Shown here piece after piece: positions 50,082 to 58,220 of a DNA stretch of 58,220 nt; position 1 is the first letter of the stretch; every line of letters begins with the position of its first letter. The stretch is from Mesotaenium endlicherianum (Eukaryota), in assembly GCA_009602735.1 (NCBI GenBank), contig WELA01002918.1:144580-202799 (forward strand). Reading direction: 5' to 3'. Below the pieces are notes generated by a model. The model did no database searches. It was not told the DNA's origin and saw nothing but the letters and a program-made list of their open reading frames with translations. The position numbers and the translations under genes are program-made.

Positions 50082-50751
50082 CTGCTATCTCGACTGTGTG
50101 GAATCCGCTGCTGGGCTGCGGGTTTGCAACTGCTGCGACACCCTTGGAGGTCCTCCTGAGCGGGAGCGCTTCCAAGTACACTGAGTTCGCTAACCTCGTG
50201 CTCAACATTAGCGACTCGCAGTCTGGCGTGCAGCCGGGCACGCAGGCTGGCCTGTTTTGGCACATTGGCGGCCCTTCTAAGTGGCAACAGCAGCGGCGGT
50301 GACGCCTTGGGGTCAAACGTGATGACAAACGGGATCACCGTGCTGGCGTATGACAACGCGGCGGCCGCAAACATTTCCGCAGACGTGCGCGCGCTCCTGA
50401 GCGAGGCCGATGGGGACGCAGTGGCTGCGCGCCTCTTTGCGGGCCAGATCCTGCCCAAGTACTACACGTTTGCGAACCTGAAGGGCGCCACAGGCAAGCT
50501 GGAAACGCTGCTGGGGAACTCCGTACTGACCTCTGTCGTCGACGGCGGGCTCTTCTTCAACCCAGACGCGGCAACCACCTTCTTCCCCGTATCCCCTTCC
50601 AGGAAGCGCCTGCTGCAAGCCTCGCCAGGGGGGCTCGTGAGAGCCGTGGACCCCGACGTTTTCCTCGACAACCGGATCTCCATCCAGGGCGTGGACGGGC
50701 TCATCGTTTTGCCCCTGTCGTTTCTACAAGCGCCGCCCGCTCCTCCTTCTG
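50082..50751 (+). other. Fasciclin (FAS1) domain exon
   Basis: The H1-like ITVLAYDNAA (cf. ITVFAPTNxAF) and H2-like DVFLDNRISIQGVDGLIVLP (cf. VHGIDxVLLP) motifs are in the expected order. The domain is followed by AP/PP-rich sequence as in fasciclin-like AGPs. Confidence 0.75.
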
Positions 50752-51118
50752 GTGAATAATCTCCAGACTTTCTCAAAGCTCTGGCAGGAGTTAATCTCGC
50801 GTCAGTTTATCTTCTCAAGTTCCTCAAAACTAGAAACTCTTGCATACTCAGGGTTAAAAGCAGCTTGATTGTTTTTTTGCTTGATTTTCTTTCAGAGAGT
50901 GAGGGATCCCCTGAATTCTTTTCTCAATTTTTGTTTTCCTTGTCTTTCTTGGCAACTCCTCCTCATCTAGCGGATCTGCAGCAGACCGCATCAGCATCGC
51001 CTCCGGCGAAGGAGGGACAGACAGCAGCGCAATCTCCCCCTCCCTCTCCCCTTGTCCTCGAGGAGCAGCAGCAGCAGCAGCAGCCTCCCCCCAGCAGAGC
51101 ATCCCCTCTGCCGCCCGC

Positions 51119-52985
51119 TACGCCTTCGAGCAGCCCCCCCGTGCTGCCAGTTGGAGAGCCGCCCGCCCAGGCCACCCTGGGAGGGCCTGCCAGCCCAAGT
51201 CTTCTCGGATCGCCGCCACCTGTCTTTGGCAAACCTGCAGTGCTTGGGGTTCCCCCACCAGTCTCAGACAGACCCTCCGGAGTGCCACGTGGTGCAACCA
51301 ACCCTGCTGCAGCACCACCTGCCTTCCCTGCGGGGGTGCCACCTGTCTCCGACGTAGCATCGCCATTTGTCGCCCACATCCCATCTAGAGAGCCGCCCTT
51401 CCTTCTAATTATATTGCCACCTGTTGCCCGTGCGTCAGTTGGGGAGCCGCCTGCACTTCCCATTGGACTGCCACCTGTTACCAACGCGCCAGCTGAAGAG
51501 CCGCCACCTGTCACCCACGCGTCAGCTGGGGAGCCGCCTGCACTTTCCGTCGGAGTGCCACCTATCACTAAATGTCCAGCTGGCAGGCCACCTCCCTTCC
51601 TTGCTGGAGAGCCACCTGTCACCCACACCCCAGGTGGAGTGCCGCCACCTGGTTCCCACGCATCAGCTGGGGAACCGCCTGCACTTCCCGACAAAGTGCC
51701 ACCTGTCACCAAAAATCCAGCTGGCGAACCACCTCCCTTGCCTGCTAGAGAACCACCTGTCACCCACGTCCCAGCTGGAGTGCCGCCACCTGTCCCCCAC
51801 GCGTCAGCTGGGGAGCCGCTTGCACTTCCCGTCAGAGTGCCACCTGCCAACAATAATCCAGCTGGCGGGCCACCTCCCTTTCTTGCTCGTCTGCCACCTG
51901 CCGCCCAGACCCCAGCTAGAAAGCCACCTCCGCTAGGGGCTCCGAAGGCTGCGCCAGCAACGCCGGCTGCTCAGCCACCTCCCCCTCTCTCTTGTCCTCC
52001 AGCCGCTCTGACCGGATCCCTCCCACCCCCTGCAATGCCCCCCCGCACGGAGCCTCAACCACCGGCCTCCCAGACCTCCCAGTCAATGCCACCCCCACCA
52101 TCCCTTCCCCCAAACCTTTCCCCTCGCTCCCCACCTCAACAGTCAGCGCCCCTGTCCCCCTCCCTTCCGCTTGCTTCCCCAGATCCCACNACGCCATCAA
52201 GAAACCCCACCGTGCTGCCGGTTGGAGAGCCGCCCGCCCAGGCCACCGTGGGAGGGCCTGGCAGCCCAAGTCTTCTTGGATACCCGCCACCTGTCTCCCA
52301 CAGCCCTGCAGTGCTTGGGGCTCCGCCACCTATCTCGGACAGGCCCTCCGGAGTGCCACGTGGTGCAACCAGCCCCGCTGCAGCACCACCTGCCTTCCCT
52401 GCGGGAGTGCCACCTGTCTCCCGTGCAGCACACCCACCTGTTGCCATATCCCAGCTGGAGAACCGCCTGCACATCCCGTTGGACTGCCACCTGTCGCCCA
52501 CGCATCAGCTGGGGAGCCACCCGCTCTTCCGGTCAGAGTGCCACCTGCCACCAGAATTGCAGCTGGCAGGCCACCTCCCTTTCCTGCTGGAGAGCCGCCT
52601 GTCATCCACACGCCAGTTGGAGTGCCGCCACCTGTCCTCCACGCGTCAGCTGGGGCGCCGCCTGCACTTCTTATCGGAGTGCCACCTGCCACTAAGACTC
52701 CAGCTGGCGGGCCACCTCCCTTTCCTGCTGGACAGCCGCCTGTCACCAAGACCCCAGCTGGAGTGCCACCTCCGCCAAGCGCCCCCAAGGCTGCACCAGC
52801 AACGCCGGCTGCTCAGCCACCTCCCCCTTCCTCTCGTCCTCCAACCACTCTGCCCAAATCCCCCCCTCCCCCTGTGTTGCCCCCCCACACGCAGCCTTAA
52901 CCACCGCCTCCCGCTTCTCTGGCACGTCCCCCTCGTGCCTCCCCGCCCCCTCAGTCAACGGCCCCCCCACCCCCCCTTCCCGTTN
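51119..52985 (+). repeat. Pro-rich coding tandem repeats: ~1.07 kb unit (51119-52189) followed by a shorter second copy (52191-52985), each built of ~120-bp subunits
   Basis: Both copies begin ...GTGCTGCC(A/G)GTTGGAGAGCCGCCCGCCCAGGCCACC. The subunit CCACCTGTCACCCACGCGTCAGCTGGGGAGCCGCCTGCACTT (PPVTHASAGEPPAL) recurs. Confidence 0.9.
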
Positions 52986-55900
52986 ATTTGCTTTGTTTTT
53001 GATGCCCAACAGCAAACTGGCACTTTGCTAGAACTTCTGATATTTGGCCTTTGTCAGCAAAAGTGGTCTTTTTACAAAATGCGAGTATTTTATCTATATT
53101 TACAAGGAGAAGCTAATAACCTGGTCTCCAGGCCCAGGCTGTAGATGTCTGGCACCAGCTTCCTTTTCAAATCGCACTGAGATTTCCAGTGCTTACCCTT
53201 CCCGTTGATTCTCCAAACTCATCCCTTCCCCTCCCTCCCGCTTTGTCATCGCCGGCTCCCCAGATCCCTCCCCCAGCCACGCAGGGGTTTTGTGCGGGTA
53301 TGACGAAAGGATTCTATGCTGATCCCAGTGACTACCAGTAAGTTTTCCTCCCCCCTTCTTGCACTTTGTCACTGTTGGACCCCTCGCGTGTTGTGTCGAT
53401 TGATATTAATCTGTTGGACTCTTGTCATTGTCATTACCGGTGCGTTTTTCTCTCCAAGGAGTGGACTCCCTCCAACACGTCACAAGCCATGCAGGGCCAC
53501 CCTCCATTCACTTGTCTTGTGTGCTAGCACTGGAAGCTCTGGGCAGCCCAACCTAGCGGCACAGATTGATCAAGCCTGACCCGTATGCATTGAATATTGT
53601 ACAACTTTTTTGTAGTTTCACGTTCTCGTCCATGGAACGGCCCGGCTGCATGCTGGGCTGCATGGCGTGGAATGGCCACTGGATGGAAAGCAGTGGGGGG
53701 ACTCCTCTAGACGCTTGCATCTCAAGAGATTTGCACAGAAGTATGTTGGGAAACGTTCATTGCCTTCCAAATTCCCACCCGACGTGCTCGCAACCAACAC
53801 AGGGGACGTGTCATCTGGGACCCGTATTCAATGCGGAGACCTGGTGGGCCCAATTCGATGTGCATGATGGTGTTGGAGCGAGGGGAAAACTGACCTCTTC
53901 CTTGGTCCGTCTATGTGGTGCGTATGGTGGTATTGGGGGGACGCGGCTCCAGCAAGTCGATCTTTTGTAACAAAGGTGCCCAGGCAATAGCTACTTGTCC
54001 CCCTGGATATTATATAGTGCCTGAGCTGTTAACTCCGAGGGCAGCACCTTGTAGTCTAGAGAGCTCCACGAAGCCGTGTACTGGTGGTTATGTGCCCTAG
54101 AGTATGTGCGTAGCAGTGAGAGAGGAGCACCGCAAACGAGGTCATGCATGGTGAGATGCGCGCGCTCGGAGCGCCATATTAGTCCTCTTGGACGATGCAC
54201 AGCTGGCGCTTCATAGGCGGGGGTGGAGGACAGGAGAGCTGCACGAGTGCCCGGTTGAGCACATTCGCGACTTGCAGAAAGCCCGGCGTTAATGAATATG
54301 GGCGGAAGGGGGGAGAGCTGCAACATGAGATGGGGTTTGATTGAAATGCGGCACCTCTGAATGCATACTACATGTGGTGCACTTGACGTAAGCGCGAGCA
54401 GGCTCCGAGTTTAATTAAGGGACAAATGTGTAGTTGTTCTATAGTATTGTAGCATCTCAATGGTTAAAGCACGCACGTTACAATAATTAAGACCACACTT
54501 GTAGTAATACGTGCTAGCCTAGTACATGTGTATTATAGAATTTTTTTTCTTGAAAATGCATTCTGAAAGCTTTGAGATCGCAGGGCGGACTGACGGTTTG
54601 ATTGCAAAGTCTTCCTTAAGACATAGCTCTCTCTTGATCCCTTGCTTGCGTGGCGGCCACGGAGGGCTCCTTCCCAAGTATTGACATCCAAGCTAAAAAG
54701 CTGGCTTTTTTTTCACGAGTGCCGGTTCGCTCGCTGCGCTCTCATTCAAGACGCTAAAAAAATTGCAACATAAATTACACCTTGCGCCCCTGCTCCACGT
54801 TGTATCACCTACCTCCAGCTGGCATCTGGAATTGACACCTGGCATTGACGCCCACGTCCAGCTAGGCTGCTGAGCGCGCATGCCTACCTTCCTTTTTGTC
54901 CTTGCTATGGACTTGAGAGTTGCACCTAGGCAGCAGCAACTGCTGCTGCAACTCGGCCCATGTCCTTCCCCCCCTTCGCATTGGTAGACATATGTAGTCA
55001 GACTATGGAGGTCTTGAATATATCCTAGCTTCCACAATGCATGCGTACTGCACGCCGGCATCTACTGCAGCGCCCACCTCTCCCATTGTGTCTCGCTTCA
55101 GCACCATGTGGCGCAGCCTGATGGGCTCATCCAACAGGGCCGCTCGCCCCTCCCGCGTGCCCATTTTGTCATCACGACCATTGACGTGCACCCTTAATGG
55201 AGGTTTAAAGAACTGGAAGAACAAAAAGCGAGCGGCGGAGACCACACGTTCGTCCAGGCTTGTGCCGATCGCATTGGGGCTGCCGGCCAGCACCAGGGCG
55301 CCTTTGCTTCGGGGCTGGCTCGCTGCAGCAGGCCTGCTGGTGCTTGACATAAAGGTCGCGGGCGGCGGCATTGTCAACGGACACGCTGCCGCTTGCTTGT
55401 GCTGCGCTGTGGGGAAATGCCACGTGTCGTTGTGTCGGGGCTAGGCGTCAGGCACGTTGCAGCCCGTCTCATCGTCGCCGGGCACGTTGCAGCGGGGTTT
55501 TCAGTAGTCTGTATGTTGATATGACCTTTCTACTATCTAGCTAGGTTGATATCGTACTCACATACATAATGTATAACCAAGCTTCACATGGACGTAGCTT
55601 GAAGTAATTGTAAGGCCAAAAAGCATGGTTTAAGCGATATAAGACCACACCGTGTCTGTATATGCCCCATGTCGTACGAGTGCAAGGATGTGTATTACTT
55701 CATTGCACAGCAATCACTCTTGTACGTTGTCATTTAATATACTATGTATGCACGTATCTTCATGTATCTATGTATTGCAAACACCGTTGTAATTTATGCA
55801 CATGCCCACTCAGATGCAAAAAAAGGTTCCCAAAGCAATTAGACAAAATTAGCAAGAGGATAGAAAAGAGGGCGTGCACGTTTTGAGAAGAGCAAGAAAC

Positions 55901-58220
55901 GAAGATATATGCAGTAAAGATCCAGAGGTAGTAAATCCAGCATGCTTATGCATGTACACATTAAATGTCATCATAGTGAATACATACATACATGCTAGCA
56001 TGCGATAGACGAACTCAATGCACCTAATGTGTACATCAATTGCACGCAGACAGCGCCTGACCGATATGCAGAACATCTAAATGATGAACAAGCCAGATGC
56101 TCAGAGATCACTTACGGTGCACATGAATCACCAACTTGTAGGCCATGCCCAAAGAAGCATATCATATAAGAGACAAATTCCATTCCAAGGCGCGTGGATA
56201 CCACATCCTGCTACGTTGAGAATATAGAAACTAAGGCAGGGATGGGAAGGGAGAGGGGGAGAAGAAGGGGCCTAGGGGGGGCTGTCCACGTCCTGCTCTT
56301 CTCCCTTGTCTCCTGCTGTCCACCACCCCCCCCTACTACCTCCGTTAACCTCCTCCCTCAAGCCAACGCTTCCCCACAGGTAGCAGACACCATCCTCTGC
56401 GGCACCCTACGGTGCGTGCGCGCGCGCTCGCACGCGCGGACGACCCTGCAAAATACGATCCCCCCATAATCCTCAGTTTGCCATACGACACAAAATCAGA
56501 CGAAGACAAAGCTTGACTCACACGTAAGAAACCTCAGACCAAAAAACTCTAAAGCACTTGGCTCTAAAGACTGATGCAAGTTGTACTTCTGGGGCACACC
56601 AATGAAAGGGTCATAAAAAGCTTTGCAGACAACAATCTCTGCAAACAATCACTGTAGTACGTAATGTCACGAGAAGTTAGAGATCGGTTGCAACAGATTG
56701 GGGCTTAAGCAGATGACATCATGCAACACACGTGGCACGCAAGGGGGGAAGAAGGGGGGGGTGGGGAAGATGGGTGCTCACCTGGCTGAGCTGTCCCCCT
56801 GAGCCTTGCGCCGACGTGGGCAGCAGCTTAGGCGCTGCAGCCGCAGCTTCCAGGCTGGTGGAGCCCCCACGATACCCTGAGCTCTGCTTGAGTCGCGCTG
56901 AGCTGGCTGGGCGGCTGCCGCCTGGACGCGCCAGCACGTGGCTCCCGTTTCTCTTCTCTGTCTCTTGCGCGCTCTTCTCGCATAGGAGGTTCTGGTTTTG
57001 GGTCTGAATTAGGTGAGGGATTGCAGTTAGGGTTGAAGGTTTGGGCTTTTGAAGCTGCGTAAGCTGCATAAGCTGCTTTCGGGTTGAACTGTTCAAAGAA
57101 TACAATGTGCCTGCCACCTGTCCTCTCACGCCCTCTCTCCTTGGCGGCGTCTGTGGCTGCTGGGCTGGGGGAAGGAGGAAGACGCGCCAGCTGTCCCTCT
57201 CGCAGTCTCTCCAGGCGCTCTCAGCCCGTGTGTATATTTCATATAAGCATTCTCTCCACTGCTGCCGCTGCTGCTACTGCTACGGCTGCTACTGCTGCTA
57301 CTGCTGCTGCTGTCCCTGCTGCTGCTGCTGCTGCTGCTGCTGGAGGAGGAGGAGGCAGCTGCATCTCTCTCCAGCCTCGTCGCACGTACACTGGAGGCCC
57401 CTGTCTGGTGAGTGCGGCGTGCATGTGCGTGTGCATGCGCGCGAATATGCGCGTGCACGCGTGTGGTGTGGTGGGTGTATGCAAGTACTTCTACGAGCGT
57501 GCATGCGTGCGTTTTGCTCAGGCGACGCTGGTGCTGCTGCTGCTGCTGCTGCCGGCGGAGGGGGACTCGGAGAAAGAGGAGGAGACAGAGGGGGAGGCAG
57601 AGGAGGGGAAGGCAGAGGAGGAGAAGGCAGAGGGGGAGGGGGAGGCGCTTGCTGCGGCAGCGGCGTCGTCAAAGATACGCATGTGATCGTACGCGGGCTG
57701 GCAGGCACAGCACAGCACAAGGGCACAAGGGCACAAGGGCACAAGGGAGGGGCACATTGGGGCATGTCAGCACCCCACCCCACGTCGTCTGTCCTTCTGA
57801 AAGGGCCGCGCATTGGGTCTAGGTTCGGCGATTGGCACCTAAACCCTGAACTCTAAACCTCGAACCCTAGATCCAGACTCATTCTCCGGACATCGTGAGA
57901 GGGCCTGTTCCTCACCCTCGCAGCAAAGGCTGCCACAGCCTCTGCCATCGTCCAGACTCAAATGTGCACTAAGGCATTCAGCTTGTGTGTTCACCTCTAC
58001 CTTTGGGAAGCGACAGCCTTTCCCCTCCTTACGTCTCCACCCGCGTACGTTCACCTCCTAAACCCCAAACCTCGGACCCTAACGCAGAACCCTACAACCT
58101 AAACCCTAAGCCTGGCATTTGCAAGTGCATCCGGCATTGCAGTCGTGAAAGCTGAGGGCACAGAGAGGCAGAGAGCGAGGAATGACAGCCAAAGGGGTCG
58201 GGAGGGGGCAGGGGGGGGAG

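Larger units (their letters stand above)
46703..52985 (+). pseudogene. Mosaic extracellular protein gene (beta-helix/pectin-lyase-like repeats + FAS1 fasciclin domain + Pro-rich tail), frameshifted: pseudogene or assembly errors. Exons 46703-46969, 47508-47618, 47910-47999, [gap], 49484-49838, 50082-50751, 50971-~52190/52985
   Basis: Splice phases agree between successive exons only if one T is removed at 46939-42 and one at 50255-58. Beta-helix-like text: RVSFSNVTFDG, RGAAISANIGLQVTILNSVIRDNYA. FAS1-like: KYTEFANLV...GITVLAYDNAA (H1), GQILPKYYTFANL, ISIQGVDGLIVLP (H2). Start exon/signal peptide not found. Confidence 0.65.

Noticed and set aside
50865..53144. 759-aa ORF taken as a single-exon gene
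   Set aside because: The start is intronic (TTG, acceptor at 50970), it crosses two Ns, and after about 52445 it is out of the repeat's natural Pro-rich frame.
54693..55444. 120-135 aa ORFs on both strands
   Set aside because: No recognisable motif or splice structure; cannot be supported as genes from sequence alone.

Overview
Intron-rich eukaryotic nuclear DNA from a draft assembly with several N-gaps. Gene content, GT(G/A)(C/A)G(T/C) donors and TTTAGGG-type repeats suggest a streptophyte green alga (inference). Five spliced genes can be reconstructed by hand with consistent GT-AG phases: the 3' part of thylakoid cyclophilin CYP26-2 (+), an uncharacterised class I SAM-methyltransferase-like gene (-), thylakoid FKBP17-1 (+), mRNA export factor RAE1 (-, first exon not found), and a plant-type PLP-transferase-fold/Moco-sulfurase-like gene (+). 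A sixth locus (46.7-53 kb, +) encodes a beta-helix-like + fasciclin (FAS1) + Pro-rich mosaic protein interrupted by frameshifts. Introns are full of microsatellites, telomere-like motifs and local duplications. The most striking pattern is recurrent 'echo' copies of exon/intron junctions (and one stop-codon region) placed next to the real ones in four genes. No RNA genes, CRISPR arrays or intact transposons could be supported. Most of the ORF track is low-complexity noise.
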